A stretch of DNA of 64,000 nt from Patescibacteria group bacterium (GTDB taxonomy: Bacteria > Patescibacteriota > Patescibacteriia > UBA9934 > GWF2-40-263): contig JBBTRQ010000001.1 in NCBI GenBank assembly GCA_038065075.1, positions 2,823 to 66,822 on the forward strand. Direction: 5' to 3'. The notes under the pieces are model-generated. The model was not told the DNA's origin, ran no database searches, and saw nothing but the letters and a program-made list of their open reading frames with translations. The position numbers were made by a program, and so were the translations under genes. Below, piece by piece: positions 1 through 10,981 of this stretch (within the stretch, counting starts at the first letter, position 1; each line of letters opens with the position of its first letter).

Positions 1-3000
1 GTTGAAATCTCCACACAGACCCGAGTCGCAGGACGTACTGCTCGTACACACGTCACTGGCATCCGAAGCGCTCGCGCAGACTCCGCTGGCGTTACACGCG
101 CCCGAGCCATACGACGGAGTGACAAAGTACGCATCACATTGCGTATCGACAATACAGGTCTCGCCCGCATCATCGAAATCCGTACAAATATCCCCTACAC
201 CGCAGGCCGCGCCACCGCCGCCGCAGGTTCCCGTGTCGCAATCTGCATCAGTCGTACAGATTGTTCCGTCCGAGCACAGCGCTCCCTCCCAATCTTCATA
301 ATCGCCATCACATTCCTCCGAGCCGTTCACGCGACCATCGCCGCAAATAAGTCCTGGGGATGTGCAATTATAGGCACAAGCATCCGTCGCGTTGTACTGG
401 CCATTGGAAACCGCGCACTCGGCGGCCAGATTGAGGTACGCCCAGCTTGCCGTGTCCGCGATCACACTCGAGTAGTTGGATGTCGTTCCGCAATCGCACT
501 GTTCACTGGAGGCCAAGTATCCGTCACCACAGTAGATGGCATCACCCGCGCCACACTCATCATCGCAATGACCGTAGGTTCCATTGAGCGAACCGTCGTC
601 GCAGGTCTCACCCGTTTCGACAACGCCGTTGCCACACTCATAGGCGCTGCATGATGATGTGTTGGTCGTATCCCAGTAACACTGATTCGACGAATTGATC
701 GCACAGGCGTACGTCGTTGTGCCGCTCGCACACGTTCCACCCGTTCCGCACTGGGCATCACTCTCGCACCCTTCATCGCCGTCATACGTATCGTCATCTG
801 GATTTACGCACACCGTACACGTTGCGCCGGTCGTAGTATCACCAAGTTCACAGGTTTCACTCGCTCCTTGTGTTCCGTCACCGCACAACGAGGAGTCTCC
901 CCATGTGCTTCCGTCACAGAATACCGGCGTGGCCGAGAATCCTGAAAGGGCGGAAGCCGGCGCATAGTCTGTCGGATACTCTACGTACACCGTCACCTCA
1001 TCGGAAAGCTCTGTATCAAGCGCGTAGCCCCATGTGTACTCGCCCCCGTCAGACTCGAGCACCGCGTACAGTTTGTATGCCTCCCCTCCCACGCTCTGGT
1101 ATCCATAGAGGTGCGAGTTCTCTGGACAGATAAACGACCCCTCTTCTCCGTTCCAGCAAGAAGCAGAGTCGTATCCGTCTTCCGAACAGTCATAAAACTC
1201 GTTCACCGGATCGCTCGGAAGCGCCGTGCCTAAGTCGTTCCCTAACGACGCACTCCAGGAACTCCAGATAGAGTTAGACAACGCGGGCACAAATGTTCCA
1301 GACTGCACCTCGGGGAATCCCGCCATGCACTCCTCCTCCCCTGGACAATTATAATCTGTATCACAGGACTGTCCCTTTGTGACCGAGCAGTGACCGTTGG
1401 CGTCGCCATACTCGTCAATCGTCGTCGCTATATCGACCACGTCCAAGAGACGCGTCATGTCACGCGTGAGCTTTCCCTTCTGGGCGTCACACATGATCGA
1501 GCTGTCCTCGAATGCCTCATAGCAATCCCCATCCCACTCGCATGTCACGTATTCTCCCGAGGTGTCATCATCACTCTCGTAATACAGTTCATAACTCAAC
1601 GTCGTTTCATCCTGGCACAAGTTGATATCCGTCACCTCGTCCGTGTTGCCGTTGAAGCGCCAGTTCGCGAGAAGCTGATTAAAAATTTCCTGCGCGTCAT
1701 CGCTGGCGTCCTCGTTGTAAGAGACGATGTAGATGTTGGGATAGATGGTTGTCCCACTCACATTCGCGGCCGCGGCATACAGCGTGTTGCCGGCTGAGAC
1801 GGCTGGATATCCGTCGAGTTCTGTTTCCGAAAAGGTGCCGGTAAACTCCTGTCCCTCAACCCAGGCACTGGGAGTTAAATACGATCCATTTCCTAAACAC
1901 GATTCGCCTGATGGACAATCTGAGTCGGCGCTACAAGAGGTGGAAGTTGTCGTCGAACAGAAGGAAACGTTGGGGATGACGCGTACACCGATCGCATCAC
2001 TGGAATCTTCCACTTTAAAAATGAGTTCCTGAAGAATGCCAGAAGATGCGAGAGATGTGACATCGATCGGATCCTCGAGTGCTGGCAGGTCATCCTCGGT
2101 TCCTGTCTCACCGGCATCGCGGCAGTAATAGAATGAAAAGTTACTCGGCAAAACATCTTCCAGATACGGGAAATCAAGCGTCGTCGATTCAAGCGACGGC
2201 CACGGGTTCTCACAAACGAGGGCGGTCACCTCGAGGAGCCCCGTGACGGTGCGCGCGGCGATCGCGGGGATGGCGGCGCTCGTGGCAGTCGCGGGGATCG
2301 CGGCAACGGCGACGGTTGTCGGTTCAAAGAGTTCATCAGTCGTGATGGTCGCGGTCGCAAAGACTTGCTCTCGGCCGGAGGCACCGCTTGCGGTGTAATT
2401 GCGTGTCGTGTCCTGCGGCGTCTCAGGCGCGGAGGCGACCACGTCTGTTTCTCCCGCGTCCGTCAACGAGGATGCCCACCCCCACTCCCACGCGTAGAGC
2501 TCTGGCAACGGCGCGATCTCTTCATACCCTCCCGCGCGGTAACTCTGGGGGGTGGCGATGAAGGCGTGCTCCTCGCCGGTTGCGCTAAACAGCCCCACGC
2601 TTGCACCCTCGTTGACGCTCACGTCAACATTCCCGAGATCCTCCAGGGTGACTCGATCCAGATCGCAAACCTCCGAACCCACGGCAAACGTGCGGACGAA
2701 TTGCGCGCTACCGCACGCGTCTCCCAGGCACAGGGTCACGTCCGAAGGCGTAAGCATGCCATCCTTATTTTCATCGTGGCCAACGTTGTCCGCGACGACC
2801 ACCAAGCGATAGACGGCGTTCTCCTCCAGAAGCTGGCCGTAGGCAAGTGCCACGCGCGCGGTTCCGGCTTGCGCGTCGACAATCGTCTGGGAATACGTCA
2901 CCGGCACATGGCAAGCAAACGTCGAGGAAGCCGACGCGTCGTTTCCAAACAGACCCATCACGAACCGCTTGAACCAATGCCATAGGCGCATGGCCGAACT

Positions 3001-6000
3001 GGACTCGGGCGGGAGCGCCGCGCCGACGTAGCCTGTGGGACAGTCGGTGATCTCGTCCACCGCTTCCTGCGCCCCGTCGCCGTTCCCGTCCACGCTCACC
3101 AAGTCCAAATAGAGATTCGCGTGAAATTCGTTTTGCTGGATGATGCCATCGCCGTCGGTGAGCTCGACCACGCCGTCCTGATCGTTGTCCTGCGTTGAGT
3201 CAAACGTGGCGGCGTCCATGAACTCGCTGAACTCCACCCAGACGGCCGTGTTACGGCACAAGCCGTTGGCCGTGTCTGTCTCAAACGCCGCGAGGTTGTC
3301 CGTCGGACTGACGGTTCCCAGCGTGGGGCGCGCAAAACAGCAAGACTCCGCGCCGCAACCCAGTGCGGCTCCGCCACAAGAGTCATTGGTGGTACAAGCG
3401 CATTGCAGGCGCAGCGTGGCATCGTCGGTCACGTCTTCGTCGACCGTGACGGATATGGTGGAGACCGCGTAGCCGGTTGTCTCGTTGACTTCCCTGGGAG
3501 CGCCCGGCGCCACTTGGGCGACGGAATACGAGCCCGCAGAGAACACTGAGGAAGCGGGCGCGTCACATTCCTCGCCCACGCCTTGTGCGTTGCCGTCTCC
3601 GCAAAAGGACGGAATCGAGTATAGGTAGGAGGAGCCCGACCACAAACAGCGGTTGCCACAGCCTTCCTCCCCGTCGCACTCCTCGCCCAGATCAAGGTCA
3701 GTGTTGCCGCAACAGTTGGGCGACGCGGAAGTGGGGCACGAGGGCGTTCCCTCCCACAGGCAGGAGCTTGAACAACCGTCAGGCGCCACGAGCGTGGAAG
3801 AAGCCAGCGCCGTGGGAATGGGATCGCAATCCTCTCCCGGCTCAACGACCTGGTTGCCGCAGATGGCGTAGACGTTCTCTTCCGACTCCGACCCTTCCAA
3901 CAGACATCGGTTCGAACAGCCGTCGCCGGAAATCGCGTTGCCGTCGTCGCAGTCCTCGCCGCCGGTATTGCTCGCCCAGTCACGCGGGCCCGCGTCCCCG
4001 CACGTCGCCCCCACCAAGAGCGATCCTTCGTTCTTGCAGATGGAAGAACAGCCGTCGCCGCTGGCGAGATTTCCGTCGTCGCAGTCCTCGCCGCCGGTCT
4101 CGATCGTCCACTGGCGAATCCCGTCCCCGCAGCAGCCGATTCCCGTCAGTTCGCACGTGTCGCCCACCGCGTAGGTACAATCCGAATCCTGACCGTTGCA
4201 AGAGTCGCCCGTGATCGAACACGACCCAACGCAGGAAAGGGAGTCGCATTGGGTGAAGCTCCCGCAGGCCTCATCGGCATCGGCAAAATCTTCGCATTGA
4301 CCCGACGTCGAACAGGCTCCGCTGTCACATTCGCTGTCAAGCGCGCAGGCCTGGTTCACATCCGCGGCGGAAGCGCACACCGCTTCCGCGCAGACTTCCT
4401 CGCACGAGGCATCATTCACGCACGGCGCGTCGGATTCTTCGCAGGCCAAGGGGCATTGGGCATGCTCCTCAAACACGCCTTCATTCAAACAGTTCTGCGA
4501 ACAGCCGTCGCCTGGCAATGTGGCGCCGTCATCGCACTCCTCCGGCGCCTCCACGCTTCCGTTACCGCACACGCCGTCTTCCACGCTCACCGTCGAGCCG
4601 GCGTTGAGACAGGCCGCCGTGCAGTACGCCGGGAGCGTGCCGGCAAGCTCAATGGCGCCGCCCAAAATCATGTAGGCGACGACCTCGTCGTTATTGAGAG
4701 CCAAGCTGGCGGCCGCGCCAACGGCGTTGGGCGTATCCGTGGCCGTCCAGGCTTCCCATGCGTAATCGCCCGCCTGAAGCGTCTGGCCTTGTGCGGAACA
4801 CTCATCAGGCTCGCCCAAAGCCGTGGCCGCAAACTCGGCGCGCGCGCCGACATAGCCCAGGGTGGCAAGGGCGGGATCGATCTCCACCGAGTCAATCGAA
4901 CAGCTGACCGCATCGTTCTTGGTGCGGAAGATCCAAGAAAAGTCTCCGGGGAAGTACCGGTTCTCATCCGTGCCATAATTGGAGCCCGACTGTGCAAGCG
5001 CGATGCCCGTTTGGGAGACAACGGCGTCGCCGTCCACGACCACGCGGTACCACGTGTTGGGATCCATCGTCAGCGGGGGGGCAAACAGAATCGAGAACCG
5101 GCGCGTGGTCGCGCTATACCCGATGGCGCTCACTAAATCCACATCGTCAAGACCGGACGTCTCGCACAGCGAATTCAAACACTCGTACAGCGTGATACTG
5201 TTCTCCCCGATCGTGGCCTCGTCCATGACCGTGTTGAACTCGCCCCATGGCAAGGCGTTGACGCAGGCCGCGGTACACCGCGGGAAGTAATCGTCGATTT
5301 TCGGGTCGAGGAAATTGATCGTGAGATCGCCCGTGCCGGACGGATCGTTCACCGCGTTGGTGACCGTAGCGGTAATGAGAGCCGGATCGTTCGCGGGCGT
5401 CTCCGCTTGGGCGTTCACGACGTTCGCGCAGATCCCGATCCCGGGCGCGGACACGGGGATCAACGCGCCGTCAAAATCCGATTCCCAGTCAAGCGCGTAG
5501 CCGGCGCAGGAAAGCGCCACGCACCGGTCGTTTTGGGCGGTGAGCTGGGCGGAGTAGTCCACGTCCGCTTGTTGGGTCTGCGTGTACTCATTTGGCCGGA
5601 CGTTCACGTCCCCCACCTCGCAGGGAGTGTTCACGGCGCTGGTGGTAAAGTCCCATTCGTAATCCTCTTCCAAATAGCCGCCCGCGGCGCTCCGGATTTG
5701 ATCCGCGCCCTGCAGACTCACGCGGTACCAAGTGTCGGTTGCGAGGCTACCGACAATGGGCGTCCATGAAAACCCGGTCACGTCCGGGACGACGCTACCG
5801 GGCACCAAGACCCAATTTTTGCATGCGCCTTCTTGCGCGAGCAGACACGTTTCATCGGGATTCTCACAATCGAAATCGCTCGAGCACTCCGCGGCCGCGA
5901 ACGAACAGACTTCCAGCGCGCTCGTTTCCTCTGCGAGCGTGAAGGTCTGCGCGCACGCGCGCACCAACACGGTGGAAGCGTTCATGGTCGGTTTCACCAT

Positions 6001-8961
6001 CGTCATGTTGAACTCGGCCTCCACCGCGGCGTTCACGCATACGTCCTGCGGATCGCTCCACCCCTCCCAGGGGCTGGGTGAGACACCCGTTCCCGTGCAC
6101 TGGACGAGCACGTGCGGGGTGTTGGGTGTGATTCCCGTGGTGATCATGAAGGCGTAGTGGGCCTCAACCTCAGTCACGTCCTCACATGACGTCGAACACG
6201 CTCCGTTGGAACAACAGCTCTCTCCTTCGGCACACAAATCCGCATCCTCCCGACAGTCGCCGACGGTAAAGGTGATCGAATTGGAGGAGTATCCGTTTTC
6301 CGCTTCCTCAACGTACACAGGACCGGTCACGGCCTCGTCGGGCACGACAACGGAAGAAATCTCGTCATTCTCCCACAACGTGAAGCCGGCTTCTTGAATA
6401 CGATAAAACGTCACGGTTCCGTCGTCGGTTCCAAAATTTTCACCGTAAATTGTCACCTCAACTTCCGCCGGCGCGCTCGATGGATCAATGTCACAGATGG
6501 CCGGTCCCGGGGTGTCGTCCAAAACGACGAAATCTGTCGCGTCCGATTCCTGCCCGTCCGCGCGCTCAAGCGTGAGCGCGTGGGTTACGGCTTCGATCGC
6601 GTCCAAGCTTTCTGTTTGATAGACCTCCGGAACCTTCACGGTTACGTACGTGTCATGCCAGAAATCGTCCCCACACGCGTCCGGAAAATCGGTGTCGCCC
6701 AGGGCGGTATAGCCCAAGGACTCATTCTCAAAAAAGATTGATCCGGTTGTCGTTCCAAATCCTGTTCCGTACACGGTGATGTATTGTCCAGCTGGCCCCC
6801 AGTTCAGCGCGTCCTCACACGTCGCTCCCTCGCCACAGTCATCGTCATCGCCACAGTGCACATTGTCGTCGGAACACGCCTTCCAACCGGAATCGACCGA
6901 GGAGATGACTGGACTCGAGGAACTCGAAACATCGACTGCCGTGAACGTGACCTTATTTGATCCCACACGCACAGACTCGCAACTTCCGCCCTCGTCGCCA
7001 CAATCATCGTCGTCGCCGCAATACTTGAGCGTCTCGGAACACCACGACGTCGCGCAACTCTCACCTGTCTCGGTGTCACAATCCTCATCGTCTGAGCAGG
7101 TCGTCGCCGTTGCCTCGCCATCGGAGGTGATACAAACGTAGTCGCCTGTAAACACCTGCGTAAGATACGTTCCCGAGTTTACGTTGGGAACAACGACATC
7201 GAGTTGGTCGTCAGACCAAGAAATGTACGAGCTCGCTTCGTAGTTTGTAAAATAGAACGTCGACGAACCTTGGGTCTCGCCGAAACTGTTGCCGTACACA
7301 TCGATCGAAGAGCCGTAATCATCTTCATCAGGGTCAAGCAAACACACGCCCGGACGTTCAATCGCGTTGACATCGAAGTCTGCAATCGACGGGCCATAGT
7401 CGTCGTCGGTGCGCTCGGTCTCGTCGTCCGATGTTGTGACAGAAACAGGGCCATCCACGGCGGCGCTTGGAACCTGAACAATGATCTGCGAATCCGACCA
7501 CTGCGTGGAAGCGTTACATTCGTACGCACTCAGTTCAACTTCATCTCCCGATTCCGTTCCTAGGAACGCAATAACACCTTCGTCTTCTCCAAAGCCCTCA
7601 CCGGAAATCGTGATCAGATTTCCCCCAGCGCCGTCTCCTGGCGACACGCCTTCAATCTTCGGAGTCGTCACGCAGGAACCGTCCACACATTGGCCGCTGG
7701 CGCACTCCGCGTCTTCCGTACACTCATCGCCGTCACAGGAGCCGCAGTAGTACGCGCTCGTGGAGTCGCCACCGCAGTCGATTTCCTCCTCACCCAAATC
7801 TTCGTCGAGGACTTCGTTGTTACAGTTGGCGGCACGCAAAACGATGCTTACGCGGGAGGCGGTATCCGTATTCCCCGCGCAATCGTATCCGGTCGCCCAC
7901 ACGTCATATTCCTCGTTGGTGGTGTAGCCTTCCGTATCCCATTCTTCTGCCGAGTCGGTGAAAAATGCATTCTCGACGCTCGCGCCTGTCACGGCTCCCG
8001 TGGATGAGAAGTCTACTCCCGAGGAGTAGATCGCCTCGTCATCATCGATCACATAAAAATCGACGGTCGAAACACCACTGTCATCTGTCGTAAGTACCTG
8101 AAGCATTTCGATCGATCCCGCGTAGAGACTCTCCCCGTCTTCTGGCGCGTCCATCGTGACGCTTGGATCGTCGATATCGACCTCGGTCCCGGTTGTGAAA
8201 CCAAAGGTGCAGGGATAGGTCGTCGTGCACGTCAGGGATGAGCCGGCTGAGGACTCGACCACGCTCGAATCTACATCAATCGTGTACTCCGACGACGCAT
8301 CGAAACAAAACTCTGTCTCGTACGGGCTGTCACAGGCCTGGGATGGTGTGAATGTCACGGTGCGGCCGGACGTCGAAAACGTTCCGACCACGGGACTGCC
8401 ACCAGAGTCGGCAACCACGATTCCCTCCTCCACGCTGTCAGAATCGACACTCTTGGAAAAAACAAATTGAAGCTGGAGGTTTTGGAGAGACTCGGCACAT
8501 TCTGTATTGACTGAGCTCAGATAAAACACCGAACTGCTACTGCTATCCGAGTAGGAACTCGAGTTTGAACTGCTTCCAGAAATATCCGTCCCGGTCGCGT
8601 CCACGAGCGCCCCCAGCACAAACGACACAATGGCGAAGCTCGCAAACACCAACAGCAGACCGATGATGGCGTTTGTGATGATACCCTTGGCTTTCTTCAA
8701 CCGCTCTGGATTCCCTCCGGCGGTCATGTACACAAATCCTCCGTAAACCATGAACGCAACAGTCACGACTCCCACGAACGTAATGGCCGTGCGGATGAGT
8801 CGGGCAATAATGACCGTGATGGTGGCGTCGGTCGAAAACCCGGCCGTTTCCGCAAACGACTCCATGTCCACATCCTGTGCAAACGCCGGCACGGCGACAA
8901 AAACCCCGGCACTGAGGATCAGTGCAAGTAGGAAGCTGTGGATGTAACGATTCATCTTCAT
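1..8961 (-). CDS. giant secreted/cell-surface protein, 5' end complete and 3' end beyond window start (>=2987 aa in window); N-terminal signal peptide plus TrbC/VirB2-like (T4SS pilin-like) two-helix module, then Cys/Asp/Gly-rich adhesin-like region with myxo-type cysteine-rich repeats (CGDG..GEDCDDGN..SGDGCS..C), IPT/TIG-like repeats (xYGxxFG) and Ser/Thr-rich linkers
   Basis: Manual translation of the minus strand from ATG at 8959-8961 gives MKMNRYIHSFLLALILSAGVFVAVPAFAQD... Frame checked stop-free at several sampled places down to nt 1 (no TTA/CTA/TCA in + triplets starting at 3k+1). It is absent from the ORF track because it has no in-window stop. All other-frame ORFs in 1-8900 are short and are interpreted as spurious high-GC antisense/out-of-frame ORFs. 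Confidence 0.6.
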   Translation of the reverse strand, partial: MKMNRYIHSFLLALILSAGVFVAVPAFAQDVDMESFAETAGFSTDATITVIIARLIRTAITFVGVVTVAFMVYGGFVYMTAGGNPERLKKAKGIITNAIIGLLLVFASFAIVSFVLGALVDATGTDISGSSSNSSSYSDSSSSSVFYLSSVNTECAESLQNLQLQFVFSKSVDSDSVEEGIVVADSGGSPVVGTFSTSGRTVTFTPSQACDSPYETEFCFDASSEYTIDVDSSVVESSAGSSLTCTTTYPCTFGFTTGTEVDIDDPSVTMDAPEDGESLYAGSIEMLQVLTTDDSGVSTVDFYVIDDDEAIYSSGVDFSSTGAVTGASVENAFFTDSAEEWDTEGYTTNEEYDVWATGYDCAGNTDTASRVSIVLRAANCNNEVLDEDLGEEEIDCGGDSTSAYYCGSCDGDECTEDAECASGQCVDGSCVTTPKIEGVSPGDGAGGNLITISGEGFGEDEGVIAFLGTESGDEVELSAYECNASTQWSDSQIIVQVPSAAVDGPVSVTTSDDETERTDDDYGPSIADFDVNAIERPGVCLLDPDEDDYGSSIDVYGNSFGETQGSSTFYFTNYEASSYISWSDDQLDVVVPNVNSGTYLTQVFTGDYVCITSDGEATATTCSDDEDCDTETGESCATSWCSETLKYCGDDDDCGDEGGSCESVRVGSNKVTFTAVDVSSSSSPVISSVDSGWKACSDDNVHCGDDDDCGEGATCEDALNWGPAGQYITVYGTGFGTTTGSIFFENESLGYTALGDTDFPDACGDDFWHDTYVTVKVPEVYQTESLDAIEAVTHALTLERADGQESDATDFVVLDDTPGPAICDIDPSSAPAEVEVTIYGENFGTDDGTVTFYRIQEAGFTLWENDEISSVVVPDEAVTGPVYVEEAENGYSSNSITFTVGDCREDADLCAEGESCCSNGACSTSCEDVTEVEAHYAFMITTGITPNTPHVLVQCTGTGVSPSPWEGWSDPQDVCVNAAVEAEFNMTMVKPTMNASTVLVRACAQTFTLAEETSALEVCSFAAAECSSDFDCENPDETCLLAQEGACKNWVLVPGSVVPDVTGFSWTPIVGSLATDTWYRVSLQGADQIRSAAGGYLEEDYEWDFTTSAVNTPCEVGDVNVRPNEYTQTQQADVDYSAQLTAQNDRCVALSCAGYALDWESDFDGALIPVSAPGIGICANVVNAQAETPANDPALITATVTNAVNDPSGTGDLTINFLDPKIDDYFPRCTAACVNALPWGEFNTVMDEATIGENSITLYECLNSLCETSGLDDVDLVSAIGYSATTRRFSILFAPPLTMDPNTWYRVVVDGDAVVSQTGIALAQSGSNYGTDENRYFPGDFSWIFRTKNDAVSCSIDSVEIDPALATLGYVGARAEFAATALGEPDECSAQGQTLQAGDYAWEAWTATDTPNAVGAAASLALNNDEVVAYMILGGAIELAGTLPAYCTAACLNAGSTVSVEDGVCGNGSVEAPEECDDGATLPGDGCSQNCLNEGVFEEHAQCPLACEESDAPCVNDASCEEVCAEAVCASAADVNQACALDSECDSGACSTSGQCEDFADADEACGSFTQCDSLSCVGSCSITGDSCNGQDSDCTYAVGDTCELTGIGCCGDGIRQWTIETGGEDCDDGNLASGDGCSSICKNEGSLLVGATCGDAGPRDWASNTGGEDCDDGNAISGDGCSNRCLLEGSESEENVYAICGNQVVEPGEDCDPIPTALASSTLVAPDGCSSSCLWEGTPSCPTSASPNCCGNTDLDLGEECDGEEGCGNRCLWSGSSYLYSIPSFCGDGNAQGVGEECDAPASSVFSAGSYSVAQVAPGAPREVNETTGYAVSTISVTVDEDVTDDATLRLQCACTTNDSCGGAALGCGAESCCFARPTLGTVSPTDNLAAFETDTANGLCRNTAVWVEFSEFMDAATFDSTQDNDQDGVVELTDGDGIIQQNEFHANLYLDLVSVDGNGDGAQEAVDEITDCPTGYVGAALPPESSSAMRLWHWFKRFVMGLFGNDASASSTFACHVPVTYSQTIVDAQAGTARVALAYGQLLEENAVYRLVVVADNVGHDENKDGMLTPSDVTLCLGDACGSAQFVRTFAVGSEVCDLDRVTLEDLGNVDVSVNEGASVGLFSATGEEHAFIATPQSYRAGGYEEIAPLPELYAWEWGWASSLTDAGETDVVASAPETPQDTTRNYTASGASGREQVFATATITTDELFEPTTVAVAAIPATATSAAIPAIAARTVTGLLEVTALVCENPWPSLESTTLDFPYLEDVLPSNFSFYYCRDAGETGTEDDLPALEDPIDVTSLASSGILQELIFKVEDSSDAIGVRVIPNVSFCSTTTSTSCSADSDCPSGESCLGNGSYLTPSAWVEGQEFTGTFSETELDGYPAVSAGNTLYAAAANVSGTTIYPNIYIVSYNEDASDDAQEIFNQLLANWRFNGNTDEVTDINLCQDETTLSYELYYESDDDTSGEYVTCEWDGDCYEAFEDSSIMCDAQKGKLTRDMTRLLDVVDIATTIDEYGDANGHCSVTKGQSCDTDYNCPGEEECMAGFPEVQSGTFVPALSNSIWSSWSASLGNDLGTALPSDPVNEFYDCSEDGYDSASCWNGEEGSFICPENSHLYGYQSVGGEAYKLYAVLESDGGEYTWGYALDTELSDEVTVYVEYPTDYAPASALSGFSATPVFCDGSTWGDSSLCGDGTQGASETCELGDTTTGATCTVCVNPDDDTYDGDEGCESDAQCGTGGTCASGTTTYACAINSSNQCYWDTTNTSSCSAYECGNGVVETGETCDDGSLNGTYGHCDDECGAGDAIYCGDGYLASSEQCDCGTTSNYSSVIADTASWAYLNLAAECAVSNGQYNATDACAYNCTSPGLICGDGRVNGSEECDGDYEDWEGALCSDGTICTTDADCDTGTCGGGGAACGVGDICTDFDDAGETCIVDTQCDAYFVTPSYGSGACNASGVCASASDASDVCTSSTSCDSGLCGDFN

Positions 8962-8966
8962 GTTTT

Positions 8967-8994
8967 GGTAGCCGCAAGCTTTAGCTTGCGTGCG
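8967..8994. repeat. palindromic repeat family 2 copy (GGTAGCC-GCAAGC-TTTA-GCTTGC-GTGCG), intergenic between the two pilin-like genes
   Basis: Same architecture as copies at 13467-13524 and 24991-25018. Confidence 0.6.
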
Positions 8995-8996
8995 TT

Positions 8997-10904
8997 CTAC
9001 AGTTCCGTCTCCGTGTTATCTGGGAGCGTCTCATCTTCCGCCGCCGCTTCTTGTTCCTCTGTCTGACATGCGCTTGCGGAAGAAATCCCGTTACAGCAGT
9101 AAGGTTGGTCTTCGTCTCTTCCTTCCGTGCAGTTCGATCCCGGGCCGATCGCCGGGTACATGCAGATCTGGTACGCGCTCTTGATCCCCTCGCTCAAGAC
9201 CGGCCAGTAGTCCCAGCCGCCAAGGTCTGTACTTACGAGCGTCGGATGCTCGATCAGTACGGTCGTGCGCTCTTCCACATCGTCATTGGACTTGCGGATC
9301 GCGAACCAAAATTCGTAATACGGATCAGGCCACAGGGACACACTGCTCGTATTCACCGTCGAAGACTTCAGATAGCTGTTGAACGTGACCTCCACGTCGG
9401 CGCTGGTACTGATCTCATCCTCCTCTATCTCGGGGTCGAGACCACCCGTAATAATCTGCGGCACGGTGTCTTCAATCTCGTCGTTGGTCGTGAAGCTCCA
9501 CTCGTAATTATCGTTGTCGCCAGCATCTTCACACTCGATGGTGTCTGACTCAGATCCACAAATGGTTCCCGCGACTTCCGGATCATAATCATTGTCGCCA
9601 TCCAGCGAATTGGCGGCCGCGTCCACGACTCCATCAAACGTGTATCCCGTTGGCTCTGCTTGAGGAATCTCTTCCTCGTTCAATGTTGCCGCTTTGGCCA
9701 TGGCCGAGATGAGCTGGTTGGTCGGGAGACAGTAAATGGTGTCCCCACACGGGTCTTCTCCACACGCGTCGGTCGTCGTGAAACTGATCGTGCGATACGC
9801 ATTGCTGATCTCAAACGTGCCTTCAACGTTGGCGAGTGCCGCATCGAGAACTTCAATGTTCGTGAATAGAGGCTCCTCGCCGATGATGTAGGAACCTGTA
9901 GTCGCAACTGGATCCATGGCCTCGCTGAAATTGATCTCGACGGTCACGTTGCGTGGCTCGTCCGCATCCGCCGCCGGAACAATGCTGGTCACATACGGTG
10001 GTGTCAGGTCGATTTCTGTAGAAACTTCAAACGTCCAGGAGTACCCACTCGCGTACGCACCGGAAAACGCGGCCGTGCCAGATGCCCGCTCAATGTCGGT
10101 TGTGAGCGACACGGTGTAATTTGTGTCTTGTTCGGATGAGCCGAGATACTCGACGGGATCAAAGACGAAAATCTCAAAGCCCTCATCGTGGGTCACGACC
10201 ACCTCATCGGAGGCAAGAGCCGATCCCGGACCCTCATCCGTTGGATAGATAACAACGGAATCGGTATTGAGATCCGTGGAGTCAGGATCCTCATCGTATC
10301 CGGAAATCATGGACGCAGGATTGATCGCCTCCTTGAACGTCACGAAGATTCTGGTGTTGCGAGGGATCTCGGTAGCGTCACGCTCGGGATAGTGGTCGTC
10401 GAGAATACCGCCGCCCAGTGAACCGGAAAGCGGCTCCGAATACGCGTCGGCCACGGCGGCGGACGAGCCGGTGAATGCCGCGTCCAACAGACGGTTCAAA
10501 ATGAACGTGGCGATCGAATAGGCGGAAAAAATGATAATGAGGCCGATGATGGACTGCTGGAAAATCTTCTTAGCTTTCTTGATCGGCTCTGGTTCCCCAC
10601 GAGCCAGCAAGTAGAGAAACCCCGCATAGATGATGACGCAGACAAAGATGATGCCGACCAAGGTCAGAGCCACGCGAATGACGCGCGCGATGATGATGGC
10701 GATCGAATCTTGTGAAAGGGTAGAGGCGTCCGCAAACTGTTCGAAGGAGGTGTCTTGCGCGAGGGCAGGAAACGCCACCGCGAAGAATCCAACAACGCAA
10801 AACGCCACGATCAAAACAATGAGCGCGCGTGCAAAAGGTCTAAATGGGTGCGCGAGAGGTCGATGCATGTTGGGACGCCTGCGCGTGCCTCTATTGTATC
10901 GCAT
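8997..10904 (-). CDS. secreted surface protein, 635 aa: signal peptide (..AFPALAQD) plus TrbC/VirB2-like pilin module paralogous to the giant gene N-terminus, followed by bacterial Ig-like/Big-type extracellular domains and an acidic C-terminus
   Basis: ORF track. The N-terminal 150 aa align motif by motif with the giant gene N-terminus (..IIAR.IR.A.T.VG....V..Y.GF.Y...G.PE..KKAK.I....IIGL...F). Possible alternative start at Met13. Confidence 0.6.
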   Translation of the reverse strand: MRYNRGTRRRPNMHRPLAHPFRPFARALIVLIVAFCVVGFFAVAFPALAQDTSFEQFADASTLSQDSIAIIIARVIRVALTLVGIIFVCVIIYAGFLYLLARGEPEPIKKAKKIFQQSIIGLIIIFSAYSIATFILNRLLDAAFTGSSAAVADAYSEPLSGSLGGGILDDHYPERDATEIPRNTRIFVTFKEAINPASMISGYDEDPDSTDLNTDSVVIYPTDEGPGSALASDEVVVTHDEGFEIFVFDPVEYLGSSEQDTNYTVSLTTDIERASGTAAFSGAYASGYSWTFEVSTEIDLTPPYVTSIVPAADADEPRNVTVEINFSEAMDPVATTGSYIIGEEPLFTNIEVLDAALANVEGTFEISNAYRTISFTTTDACGEDPCGDTIYCLPTNQLISAMAKAATLNEEEIPQAEPTGYTFDGVVDAAANSLDGDNDYDPEVAGTICGSESDTIECEDAGDNDNYEWSFTTNDEIEDTVPQIITGGLDPEIEEDEISTSADVEVTFNSYLKSSTVNTSSVSLWPDPYYEFWFAIRKSNDDVEERTTVLIEHPTLVSTDLGGWDYWPVLSEGIKSAYQICMYPAIGPGSNCTEGRDEDQPYCCNGISSASACQTEEQEAAAEDETLPDNTETEL

Positions 10905-10981
10905 TTCTCTTCAATGGTCGCTCAAAATATGTGGACAAAACAAAAAGAGCGAGCCTTGCGCCCGCTCTTTCTCTTGAATGA

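Noticed and set aside
139-8977. Many 60-300-aa ORFs on both strands across the left 9 kb (e.g. 4249..5136 +, 3585..4214 +, 8543..8977 -)
   Set aside because: A single stop-free minus-strand frame spans the whole region and encodes a coherent repeat-rich surface protein. The others are high-GC antisense or out-of-frame ORFs with Arg/Pro-rich low-complexity translations.
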